From positions 2,459,557 to 2,523,556 of the forward strand of contig OY970391.1 in NCBI GenBank assembly GCA_963720425.1: 64,000 bases of DNA. Reading direction: 5' to 3'. The notes under the pieces were generated by a model, which was not told the DNA's origin, searched no databases, and saw only the letters and a list, made by a program, of their open reading frames with translations. The stretch comes from an uncultured Alphaproteobacteria bacterium. Its GTDB lineage: Bacteria > Pseudomonadota > Alphaproteobacteria > Rhizobiales > Beijerinckiaceae. Of this stretch, positions 1-8,692 are shown piece by piece. The number at the start of each line of letters is the position of its first letter. Position 1 is the first letter of the stretch. A program made the translations under genes and the position numbers.

Positions 1-384
1 ACGACGATCGACCGCGGCGCGATGCGCGATACCGTGATCGGCGAGGGCACGAAGATCGACAATCTGGTGCAGATCGCCCACAACGTGCGGATTGGCCGGC
101 ACTGCCTCATCGTGGCGCAGGCCGGCATTTCAGGCTCCACGGAACTCGGTGATTTCGTGGGCGTCGGCGGGCAGGCCGGTTTTGCCGGTCATCTTCATGT
201 CGGCGCGGGCGCGCAGATTGCCGCGCAGGCGGGGGTCATCAAGGATGTGCCCGGTCAGGCGCGTCTCGGCGGAACGCCGGCGCGCTCCTTCCGGACCTGG
301 CTGCGCGGTCAGGCAGCGCTCGACAAACTCGCCAAGGCCGAGCCACGGGCGCGCAAGGGCCACGTCAGGAAAAAGGTTCGCTGA
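1..384 (+). CDS. lpxD: UDP-3-O-acylglucosamine N-acyltransferase LpxD, C-terminal part (5' end outside window)
   Basis: Frame open from base 1; hexapeptide-repeat beta-helix sequence ([38 protein letters not shown]); its usual neighbours fabZ-lpxA-lpxB resume at 56.6 kb. Confidence 0.85.
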   Translation, partial: TTIDRGAMRDTVIGEGTKIDNLVQIAHNVRIGRHCLIVAQAGISGSTELGDFVGVGGQAGFAGHLHVGAGAQIAAQAGVIKDVPGQARLGGTPARSFRTWLRGQAALDKLAKAEPRARKGHVRKKVR

Positions 385-395
385 TGGACGAACAG
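379..395. repeat. attL core: CGCTGATGGACGAA(C)AG, direct repeat of 56575-56591
   Basis: 14 nt identical (379-392 = 56575-56588), 16/17 overall; contains lpxD TGA and an ATGGACGAA copy of the fabZ start. Confidence 0.7.
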
Positions 396-499
396 TTATG
401 AACGTCAGACACGACCAGACACATCAGGACACTTGTCCAGTGCAAAAGCAAAAATTGCACTCGTAAGAGACCACATTGTCCGCTATCGTCTAGGACACA

Positions 500-543
500 G
501 GGTAACACGTTAAGACAGGCCGTTTTGGTTACCCCTGTTACCC
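500..543. promoter_or_regulatory. three GTTACCC heptamers (500-506 inverted, 528-534, 537-543): candidate arm-type recombinase sites
   Basis: Same heptamer occurs twice at the other island end (56466-56472, 56478-56484). Confidence 0.3.
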
Positions 544-573
544 CCGCTGTTATTTCCTGATTTGGCGGACGAC

Positions 574-1827
574 ATGGCAAGGGCACTCACGGTCAAGGCG
601 ATCGAAACGATGAAGCCGGGCGAGACTCGGCGCGAGATCCCGGATGGTTACGTCGCCGGGCTGTTCTTTATACTGCAGCCGAGCGGCAGAGCGAGTTGGG
701 CAGTGCGCTACCGCGTCGCTCGACACACGCGCAAGCTCACACTTGGCACCTATCCCGGCATCGATTTAAAGTCGGCGCGCGAACTCGCCCGCACCGCTTT
801 GGTAAAAGTCGCCGGAGGTGAGGACCCTGCTGCGGATAAGAAAGTCGCGAGGGCAGCGGCACGATTACCAGCTGATCGGGGTCTTGTCGAGAAGGTCGTC
901 GCCGTCTTCATCGAGCGCCACGCCAAGGCCAATACGCGGGAGCGGTCATGGCGCGAGACTCAACGGATCCTTGAGAAGGAAGTAGTCGGCGCATGGAAAG
1001 GACGGCATCTTTCTGACATCAAGCGCGCCGACATCCATGAATTGCTCGACGGCATTGTCGATCGCGGCGCTCCAATCATGGCGAACCGTGTCCTCGCGGC
1101 GTTGCGGGGACTGTGCGCCTGGGCAGTGGGGCGCGACATCATCTCGGCTTCGCCATGCGAGGGCGTGAAGCCGCCATCGGTCCAGCGCAGTCGCGATCGT
1201 GTCTTGAGCAATGACGAGCTTCGGTCTGTCTGGAAGGCTTGCGACGCGATTGCGTGGCCGTTCGGTCCGCTTATTCAGCTTTTGGCTCTCACTGGTCAGC
1301 GGCGCGATGAAGTCGCGGGCATGCGCTGGAGTGAGGTAAACCTTGAAGCAAAGACATGGACGTTGCCAAAGGAGCGCTGCAAAAACAATGTTGAGCATTA
1401 CGTCCCGCTTTCGGATGCCGTCGTTGCGATTCTTACGTCGCTCCCACGGATCAAAGGGAGAGGCGATTGTGAGTTCGTTTTCACGAGCCGAGGAGACACG
1501 CCGGTTGCGGGCTTCGCTAGGGCCAAACGGCTTGTCGACGCGCGCATGCCTAGCGAACTTGGAGAAGAACCCAACAAATGGGTTTTCCATGACCTCCGGC
1601 GAACTTTCGCGAGCGGGTGCGCCAGCCTCGGCATCAACTTGCCCGTCATCGAGAAGATTTTGAATCACACCGGGGGCAGCTTTCGCGGAGTCGTCGGCAT
1701 ATATCAGCGGCACAGCTTCGCGGACGAGAAGCGCGCTGCGCTCGAGGCCTGGGCGCGCCATGTCCAAGCGGTCGTCAGCGGCGAGTCGGTCGGCAATGTT
1801 GTCGAGTTGGCGACGGCGCGAGCGTGA
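574..1827 (+). CDS. int: tyrosine integrase, P4-type with DUF4102-like N-terminus
   Basis: N-terminus LTVKAIETMKPGE..GLFFILQPSGRASWAVRYR; catalytic region HDLRRTF..LNHTGG..GIYQRH; ATG 574 preferred to TTG 562; lies next to attL. Confidence 0.9.
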   Translation: MARALTVKAIETMKPGETRREIPDGYVAGLFFILQPSGRASWAVRYRVARHTRKLTLGTYPGIDLKSARELARTALVKVAGGEDPAADKKVARAAARLPADRGLVEKVVAVFIERHAKANTRERSWRETQRILEKEVVGAWKGRHLSDIKRADIHELLDGIVDRGAPIMANRVLAALRGLCAWAVGRDIISASPCEGVKPPSVQRSRDRVLSNDELRSVWKACDAIAWPFGPLIQLLALTGQRRDEVAGMRWSEVNLEAKTWTLPKERCKNNVEHYVPLSDAVVAILTSLPRIKGRGDCEFVFTSRGDTPVAGFARAKRLVDARMPSELGEEPNKWVFHDLRRTFASGCASLGINLPVIEKILNHTGGSFRGVVGIYQRHSFADEKRAALEAWARHVQAVVSGESVGNVVELATARA

Positions 1828-1829
1828 AC

Positions 1830-2302
1830 TCGCTTTAGCCTCTTTCTCGGTCTTCGCCTCTTGTTCACTGCAGGCATCGCCGCTGGCCTTGCGGGCGCGG
1901 TCGGCGAGGTTCTTGTCGATGCCTTGCTTGGCAAGGGTAGCGGGCGCATTAGCTGGGTTTTTTCGCAACCCAGCTTTCTGCTTGCGGCCACCAGTATCGC
2001 CGCCCTTCACCAGTTGGTCGGCCTTGCGCTTTTCCTCTTCTCATCGAGCTTGATCTCGGCACGTTTTGTAGGCAAGCGGCCGCTCTTCCTTGCGCGCTGC
2101 GGCAGTCACCTTGTCCAGCTCGGCTTTTGGCAATGCCGCGATGCGTTGGGCTTCGATAGCGGTGGGTTTCGCGCGCGACAATTTTGCCGCCGTTGAGGTA
2201 TTCGGCCTGCACGGTGATGGCCGCCGCTTGGCGGTCTTTCTCTCGCCTCTCGAGCAGGTGCAAAGTGGTGCAGATTTCCACCTTTATGCCTTGACTGGCC
2301 AA
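1830..2302 (-). pseudogene. decayed gene of unknown function between int and the AlpA-like gene
   Basis: Three minus-strand frames read consecutively as one plausible protein (MASQGIKVEI..AEYLNGGKIVAR / AKPTAIEAQRIAALPKAELDKV / KGGDTGGRKQKAG..TLAKQGIDKNLADRARKA); needs 2-3 frameshifts. Confidence 0.3.
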
Positions 2303-2374
2303 ACTCTCGAATCAATAAGAACATAACGGGAACCTGCCTGACGTTTCCAGGCATGGAAAACAGGAGTTTAAGTC

Positions 2375-2587
2375 ATGAGTTACAGCGACGTCTCCAGCCG
2401 CAAGTTCGTCACCCACAGCGAAGCGGCTCGTATTCGCGGTGTCATCGGCCGCACAATCGACAGGTGGGCGCGCCAAGGGATTATCCCGCCGCCCGTGAAG
2501 ATCAACGATCGGAAATATCACGATATCGAAGGGCTCCTGGGTGCCCAAGATCCAGCGCACCCCAAAGAGTCCGAAGAAGCGGCGTGA
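2375..2587 (+). CDS. AlpA/excisionase-like small HTH protein
   Basis: 70 aa, AGGAG RBS; HTH-like THSEAARIRGVIGRTIDRWARQGIIPPP; position typical of AlpA/Xis genes beside P4-type integrases. Confidence 0.6.
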   Translation: MSYSDVSSRKFVTHSEAARIRGVIGRTIDRWARQGIIPPPVKINDRKYHDIEGLLGAQDPAHPKESEEAA

Positions 2588-2654
2588 GCCCAAGCGGGGC
2601 CGGGCCACCGATTGTCATTGACCCCCACCGACAATAGCCTTTCGGAGATTTCTC

Positions 2655-3209
2655 ATGACCTTCACGACCATTAGTCGGGGAGCCGCTTATCGGCCATTTG
2701 CCGATCGGCAAGAAGTTCTGCTCTTCGCTAAAGCCGTAAAGACGAGCGCCGTCCCTCGCCGTGACGAATGCGGCGACTACCGCTTGCTGGGCAAGGTCGG
2801 CCAAGTGTATGCGACCGGCATCGGTGGGAAACGCGAGTTCCAACTCATCGTGGGTACCGCCTTCGGCTGTGAAATCAGCGCACGTCAATGGGGGTTGATC
2901 AAGGAAGAGCTTCATTTCTGTAGGCTCACCAAGGACGGGCACTCGGAGGGCTCTCTGATCCTCGATCGCCTTCCAGCGACAGATGAGGCCGCCACGATCC
3001 GCAAATGTCTGGGCCTCCGCAAACTCCGGGAGCTAAGCGAGGAGGAGCGGCAGAGGCTCCGCGCGCTATCAGAAAAATGGGGATTTCGCCCCAAATTTCC
3101 GGCCGGAGCGACAATGCCGGTATCCCGGCATCTGCGGTTCTCGCCGGAGGAAAAATCGGCGCAAAGTCGCCTCTTAAGGATGCCCGTCTCGATGGCAGTG
3201 TCCAAATGA
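2655..3209 (+). CDS. hypothetical protein (island core)
   Basis: 184-aa ORF with GGAGA RBS; stop overlaps the next start (ATGA at 3206). Confidence 0.5.
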   Translation: MTFTTISRGAAYRPFADRQEVLLFAKAVKTSAVPRRDECGDYRLLGKVGQVYATGIGGKREFQLIVGTAFGCEISARQWGLIKEELHFCRLTKDGHSEGSLILDRLPATDEAATIRKCLGLRKLRELSEEERQRLRALSEKWGFRPKFPAGATMPVSRHLRFSPEEKSAQSRLLRMPVSMAVSK

Positions 3210-3763
3210 CGCGCGCGCATGATGATACCGGCCGCTCCACCGGGCGGCGGCGGAGTAATCGGCGAACGAGAATCGGTGGCCAGTTCGCTCCGCGATTGAT
3301 CGAAATGCTCGAAAGCTCCGCATACAGGGCTTTGAGCCTATCGGCTCACCGCGTGCTGGCGCGTTTGGAGATAGAACTAGGGCACCATGGCGGCGCTGAT
3401 AATGGCGCGTTACCAGTTACGCATGACGACTTCGAGCGTTACGGCATCCATCGTCACGCAATTGGCCCGGCGCTGCGCGAGGTAGCGGCGCTAGGATTCA
3501 TCGAAGTTACGCGGCCGGGTCGCGCAGGAAATGCGGAATTTCGCTACCCGAACCTCTTCAGGATCACCTATTTGCCAACTGACAATGCCGGCCCGACCGA
3601 TGAATGGAGACGGATCCAGACCATGCAACAGGCTGAAGAGTTAGCCACTGCTGCGAGACAGTCGCCCCCCTCGTCATGGCGGCCAAGGAGAAGTCCAGGG
3701 GCGGAAAACGCCATGTTTCACCCCGGAAACCGGCACCAAAACCTCAGTTTGCCCAGGGGCTGA
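3206..3763 (+). CDS. winged-helix / replication-like island protein (function unknown)
   Basis: ATG 3206 coupled to the upstream stop; MLESSAYRALSLSAHRVLARLEIE..YGIHRHAIGPALREVAALGFIEV is a type I recognise from alphaproteobacterial islands; the 3' tail may be frameshifted. Confidence 0.5.
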   Translation: MTRAHDDTGRSTGRRRSNRRTRIGGQFAPRLIEMLESSAYRALSLSAHRVLARLEIELGHHGGADNGALPVTHDDFERYGIHRHAIGPALREVAALGFIEVTRPGRAGNAEFRYPNLFRITYLPTDNAGPTDEWRRIQTMQQAEELATAARQSPPSSWRPRRSPGAENAMFHPGNRHQNLSLPRG

Positions 3764-3897
3764 AACCGCCACTACTGTTCATAGTGCGCAAACCACCACT
3801 ACTTCTATATCTCGGGATGGGGACGCCGGAGACAGGAGCATTTTCATAGCTTGTGCCTTTAGCCCGGCCGCCAGTCTTTCGTCCTGCTTTGTCCATT

Positions 3898-3924
3898 GGT
3901 CTATCCGTGGTCTATTTTTAGACC
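3898..3924. repeat. half-site plus palindrome TGGTCTATCC-G-TGGTCTATTTTTAGACC
   Basis: GGTCTA-N4-TAGACC at 3909-3924 preceded by a direct half-site; related sites at 43471-43503, 44061-44086, 47245-47270, 49524-49537. Confidence 0.6.
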
Positions 3925-3958
3925 CTTATCCATCGCAGCGGAGTTGGCGAGTTGGAAT

Positions 3959-4576
3959 TTAGCCGTCCTTATGGACAAGCAATCTCCCATGCATACACAG
4001 CGCCCTTGACATGTACAGGATGGATAAGCCCCTCGAAGGTGGCACCGGAGCAGAAAGAGATACATATTTGCGCGCGAGGCATTCAAATGCCGACATCGTC
4101 GGAGCAAGTGGCCAGCCGGGATATTCGTAGCCAAAAATAAGGATCGCATACCGGCCCGGAAACCCTGATCTCGATAACTTTTCGCAGTCAGTCAGTGCGC
4201 TGCGGTGTTGCGGATAAGGTGAAAGAATATGCGTCAGAATGTTATCGTTAGCCTTCCCATTATCTCCCATCAATCGCATCATTTTCGCTTCGACATACCA
4301 TGTGCCATCTGCACAATTGAGCACAAGGTCGCATCGCTGCCGGCTAACGTTCGGATATGGAACGTTCGTTTTTGCCGAGCCATAAACTGAGGGTTTCCAC
4401 TGGCGAAGCTCAGTTAGTACTAGATTGATCGTGTTGGACTCGGTGTGCGGACCTAGGCCCGCTTTATAGGACGCGCCGCCCGCCCGCTGGCTGATCGCAA
4501 CAGGTCTCTTAGCGTCGGCGGCATGAATACCCCATGCAAAGTCCGTAGCGAGTGCCTCAATAAAGCTGTCAGACAT
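3959..4576 (-). CDS. PD-(D/E)XK-type nuclease-like protein
   Basis: MSDSF start at 4576; D..E-A-K signature (RCDLVLNCADGTWYVEAKMMR); visibly lower GC than surroundings. Confidence 0.5.
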   Translation of the reverse strand: MSDSFIEALATDFAWGIHAADAKRPVAISQRAGGASYKAGLGPHTESNTINLVLTELRQWKPSVYGSAKTNVPYPNVSRQRCDLVLNCADGTWYVEAKMMRLMGDNGKANDNILTHILSPYPQHRSALTDCEKLSRSGFPGRYAILIFGYEYPGWPLAPTMSAFECLARKYVSLSAPVPPSRGLSILYMSRALCMHGRLLVHKDG

Positions 4577-4750
4577 CTCAACACTGCCGCCGCGTAGAAT
4601 TTTTCCCACTAGCAATCTAGCCGAGAGGGGAAGGCGGACCAACTGCCAGTCGCGCGCGTCGTGAAGCCGAAAATGCTATCGTAGCTAAGGTGCCGGGCCG
4701 GGTGGCCGCCCGTCGCACCTCACGCCGCCATCGCCTACAAGCGGACTGCT

Positions 4751-5227
4751 ATGCCCTTGTCCGTGCAACTTGCCACCGACCTCGCTCGCGGCGTGGCTTA
4801 TTTGTTCAGCGATTGGCCCAATCCCGCCGTCCCTTCTTTCGGTGTCGGGGTCTATACGATCTGGCATAATGATGGCCGCTTCATTTACGTCGGCATGTCC
4901 GGGCGCGGGGTAACTGCCGACACGGTTCATCGGAACACGCCCCAAGGCATCTACACGCGCCTGCAAAGCCACGCCAGTGGGCGGCGTAGCGGCGATCAGT
5001 TTTGCGTTTATGTGGCTGACCGTCTTGTCTTGCCGACCTTGTCGCAAGATGACATCACGGCCATTGCATCAGGCCGCCACCAAATGGATGCTTTCGTACG
5101 TCGATATATCCACGACAACCTTTCCTACCGCTTTGTAATACTGCCTGACGGGGCAACGGCATTGAAGGTTGAAGCGGCGATGAAGCGTGGCGAATGGGAG
5201 CATGGCCGTCCGCTCCTAAACCCTTGA
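4751..5227 (+). CDS. GIY-YIG domain protein
   Basis: GVYTIWHNDGRFIYVGMS (GIY..YIG spacing) followed by IYTRLQSHASGRRSG. Confidence 0.6.
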   Translation: MPLSVQLATDLARGVAYLFSDWPNPAVPSFGVGVYTIWHNDGRFIYVGMSGRGVTADTVHRNTPQGIYTRLQSHASGRRSGDQFCVYVADRLVLPTLSQDDITAIASGRHQMDAFVRRYIHDNLSYRFVILPDGATALKVEAAMKRGEWEHGRPLLNP

Positions 5228-5235
5228 GGGTGACA

Positions 5236-6113
5236 GTGCCGTCCTCCTTTAAACATCTGCGCGATTTCATCCAAAACCAAATGCGGATGTCGCACATCTA
5301 TCAGCCCGTCATGATTCGGGAGCTTCTCGAACACGGGGGCAAGGCCAGCATCCGCAAGATCGCTGCGGCATTTCTGGTGCGCGACGAAAGCCAGCTTGAG
5401 TACTATGAGCAGATCACCAAAAACATGCCGGGTAAGGTGCTCGCAAAGCACGGCGTTGTAGTGCGTGACGGGGATCAGTATCGCCTCACTGTCGATCCGT
5501 CGGCGCTGTCCTCGCGGGAGCGGAATGAGTTAGTTCGGCTGTGTGATACGGCAATAAACACTTATCTGCAAAAGCGTGGCACGGCTGTCTACGATCATCG
5601 TAGGGCGGCGCTCCGTCATGAAGTGTTGAAGCGCGCGGGATTTCGCTGCGAACTATGCGGCGTCTCGGCAGATGAACGAGCTATTGAGGTTGACCATATC
5701 GTGCCGCGAAAGCACGGGGGCGAGGATGACCTAACCAACCTTCAAGCTCTGTGTTTCAAATGCAATGCGAACAAGGGTGCGCGTGACGATGCTGATTTCA
5801 GAGTAATCCGCGAAGGAATCAATGCCCGCCAGCCCGATTGCATCTTCTGCAATATTCCAGACAAGCGCATCATTGCCTCTAACCCCCTCGCGTTTGCGAT
5901 CCGCGACAAGCATCCAGTAGCTGAACTGCACACGCTTGTAATACCCAAACGGCACGCTGCGCGACGTTCTTCGACCTGTTCGAGCCGGAACGGCGAGCAA
6001 TCAACCAATTATTGGACAAACTCCGTAGCGAGATAATTAGTGAGGACACTTCGGTGAGCGGTTTCAACGTTGGGATTCAACGTCGGCGGCCATGGCCGCT
6101 TTTCGCGGCATAA
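5236..6113 (+). pseudogene. HNH endonuclease fused to a HIT domain, frameshifted and truncated
   Basis: HNH motif CELCG..EVDHIVPRKHGGEDDLTNLQALCFKCNANKG; HIT N-half CIFCNIP..HTLVIPKRH; +2 shift near 5959, continues in frame 3 (TFFDLFEPERRAINQLL..GFNVG); stop at 6113 before any HxHxH triad. Confidence 0.6.
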
Positions 6114-6275
6114 GGGCCTTTGGGTACTGTCCGAACTTGAGAGCGAGTGTCTCTAAATTGCAGGATGAGGTGTCCTAATTCAAACGACTAACAGATAGCG
6201 ACACACAAACGTACGGGCCGAGCTGAAGAACAGCTCGCCCGGCGGAAGCAGCCGAGAATATCGGTCCAGCGTCTA

Positions 6276-6515
6276 TTAATGCATCATCACTTTTGTGACC
6301 TGCTGATGCAGATAGTCAGGGAGATTATCCACTGGGATCATCACATACATGTGGCCGTGCATCTTGACGATGTCGGCGTGCATCTTCGTGCCGTCTTGCA
6401 TCACCAGATCCGTGTGAGTGATCATCTGGACAACTTCGGAGACGTTGACGGCATAGGCACTCGAAGCCATCAAAAGTCCAATCGACACGGCGATAATTTT
6501 TGCCTTGGCTCTCAT
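6276..6515 (-). CDS. small secreted Met/His-rich protein (possible metal, e.g. copper, binding)
   Basis: 79 aa, GGGAG RBS, signal peptide ending SSAYA; the 57-aa mature part has 8 Met and 6 His (KMHADIVKMHGHMYVM..VMMH). Confidence 0.6.
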   Translation of the reverse strand: MRAKAKIIAVSIGLLMASSAYAVNVSEVVQMITHTDLVMQDGTKMHADIVKMHGHMYVMIPVDNLPDYLHQQVTKVMMH

Positions 6516-6650
6516 ATTGGCGCTCCCACTAAGGATTTCCTTCTCGAGCTCAAGCTTTATCAGCCGCCCAAGGAAGAACTCCCTTCTAGGAGCTGTGGTT
6601 CCACCGCCTCAGACGGTTCGCGCTCGGCTTATACGCTCATTATCCTAATT

Positions 6651-7022
6651 TCAGATTGAGTGTCCTAGTTCGGGGCAGTACGGGCCTTTCGCGTTCAGCC
6701 GGAGCCGAGGCGGCGGCGCGAAGCCTAATGCGCCGGTTTCCTCCACAAGCTCACTGAGCCGTCCGTCAACCACCGCCTCCATCTTCTCTTCCAGCGCGAC
6801 GCTCAGGTGCAGCGCCACCCTTATGCGGCTCGGCAGCGACGGGAATGCCGACCTCCATAACTGCGCGAACTGCCGCAACAGGGCCTCAGCCTCGCTCATC
6901 GGGATGAACTCACCCGACAAGCGCCGGAGCTTGATCTCGTTCAACCGAGCGGCGCTCTCTTTGAGATGGGTGCCCGCCCTGGCGGCCGGGCTATCGGATT
7001 TATTGCTCGCGACGTTGCGCAA
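6651..7022 (-). CDS. hypothetical protein; weak resemblance to the C-half of phage Nu1-type small terminase
   Basis: ARLNEIKLRRLSGEFIPMSEAEALL; no ATG start; the frame opens just after a TAG. Confidence 0.25.
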   Translation of the reverse strand: MRNVASNKSDSPAARAGTHLKESAARLNEIKLRRLSGEFIPMSEAEALLRQFAQLWRSAFPSLPSRIRVALHLSVALEEKMEAVVDGRLSELVEETGALGFAPPPRLRLNAKGPYCPELGHSI

Positions 7023-7680
7023 ATGACCAACGTACTTCTTGGCCGACTTCGCCTACGCGGAACTTTGCAAAGGTGCCGGAGTAGCCGAAAACAACGGGGA
7101 CACAGCCGGGCAAACTATCCACCACACCCATGTTCACTTGATCCCTCGCCGTCAGGGTGATCTCCAAGACCCGAGAGGCGGCGTAAGAGGTATAATTCCC
7201 GGCAAGGCCACCCACTGAGCTGTAATTAAGGGGTGTTTCAGCCGACCGCGCAGCCTGCCAGGCAGCACGACGATCGGCGCGCTGCGGTGGTGAGCCGACT
7301 TAGGTCGCTCGTTGCGGGCGAGTCCGTGCCCGCGTGATGTAACGCATTACGACGTGACGCAGCGGGGGAGGGTATGGATGGACGTGCGCGGATTCGGCAT
7401 CGACGCTGCGAAGTTCAACTCCGCGCCGCTCAGTGATCGGCGCGAGATGCTGGTCGCCGCTAAGGGTCAGACTCGCAAATCAGCGAGATGAAAGTCCGCG
7501 TTGCCGAGTCTCGCGGCCGCTTCGCGCGCGGCGATCCACGCGCGCTTGGTCGGGCCGCTTATCTCGCGCTGATCGCCGACCTTGAAGCAGGGAAGGCGAA
7601 GGCCACGTGCCTTCACGCGGCACTAGCACCGATCTGTCGAGAGCTGAAGCGCGCCAACAGCGAGCATGGCGCGCTGGGAT

Positions 7681-8202
7681 ATGAGCGGACATTTGTCGTT
7701 CTCGAATGATATGGGTCTTGACGTCTGGGTGGCAAAAAATGATCGAAATCGAAATTTCAAGGGTCAGGCGTTTTCCGCGATACCGCACATAAAGCAAAAA
7801 TTACCGCTTCAATTTGACGAAGCAACGAATTGAACAATCGAACTGATCGATGTGCTGTGGTTGAAGGGAAACTCAATTCAAGCTGCATTTGAAATTGAGA
7901 GTACAACGTCGATTTTTTCAGGGCTCCTGCGCATGCCTGATCTTATAACGACGCAGCCTAATAACAACATTCCACTTTATATTGTGGCTCCTAGTGAGCG
8001 CAGGAATAAAGTTATCGTAGAGGTCAATCGACCAACGTTTGCCAAACTCTTGCCCCCGATGTCGGAAATGTGCCGCTTTATTTCCTTTGAAGAACTACGC
8101 AAGCAGGTGGAAGCAACAAAGGAGCTATTGCCGTTTTTGAAGCCTGAATTTCTCGATTGTTTTCTGAAAGTTGTGAGATTGAAGATGCTTGACAGGCCAT
8201 AA
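7681..8202 (+). pseudogene. restriction-endonuclease-like gene remnant (N-terminally truncated, in-frame stop at 7831)
   Basis: GLDVWVAKNDRN..FDEATN*TIELIDVLWLKGNSIQAAFEIESTTSIFSGLLRMPDL..PLYIVAPSERRNKV; strongly AT-rich relative to the window. Confidence 0.5.
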
Positions 8203-8692
8203 TGTTCACCGCTTTCGTGCCCTTGACGACCCTTCAAGGCAACGGGGTGAAACATGGTTACCTGGTGCGGATGGGACGGTACTCCAAATCAACCTCTGAG
8301 ACAAAGCGATAGGCACATGGTTCGATATGTGTTCAGGAAGGGCAGCTATCCCTCGGCGATGGGCGCGCGCCTCTGATGTCCATCAGATGCGCAGTCCTTT
8401 AAATCGGATGATAATCAATACTTTATGACGCACTCCGCGCGCTCTCATCGCGCCGGGTAACACCGAGGTAACGTAATGCAGGGAATATCGAACGCCGGTG
8501 CTTCGCAGCCGGGTCGTGCGGGCAGCGCCGCTTTACCTCGTAGCCAGCGCGCGAAGCGAACGAATGATCCATGCGCCGGCCTCGATCGGAACACGGCTCG
8601 CGGGAAGCGGCGGCCATGAGCGAGCGCGACCTCCAGATCAAGCACTGCGAAAGTGAACCGCGTCGAGTGAAGGCACGCCGCGTTCGCCCAGG

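Noticed and set aside
385-561. Possible tRNA/tmRNA gene as the integration target next to the integrase
   Set aside because: I could not fold any cloverleaf or find T-loop (GTTCRANNC) or acceptor features here or at 56340-56575. The direct repeat lies in the lpxD/fabZ junction itself.
946-2010. 354-aa minus-strand ORF overlapping the integrase gene
   Set aside because: It is antisense to a clearly motif-bearing integrase. Its Arg/Ala/Pro-rich composition is typical of shadow ORFs in GC-rich DNA. Only its extreme 5' part (about 1830-2010) may belong to the decayed gene noted separately.
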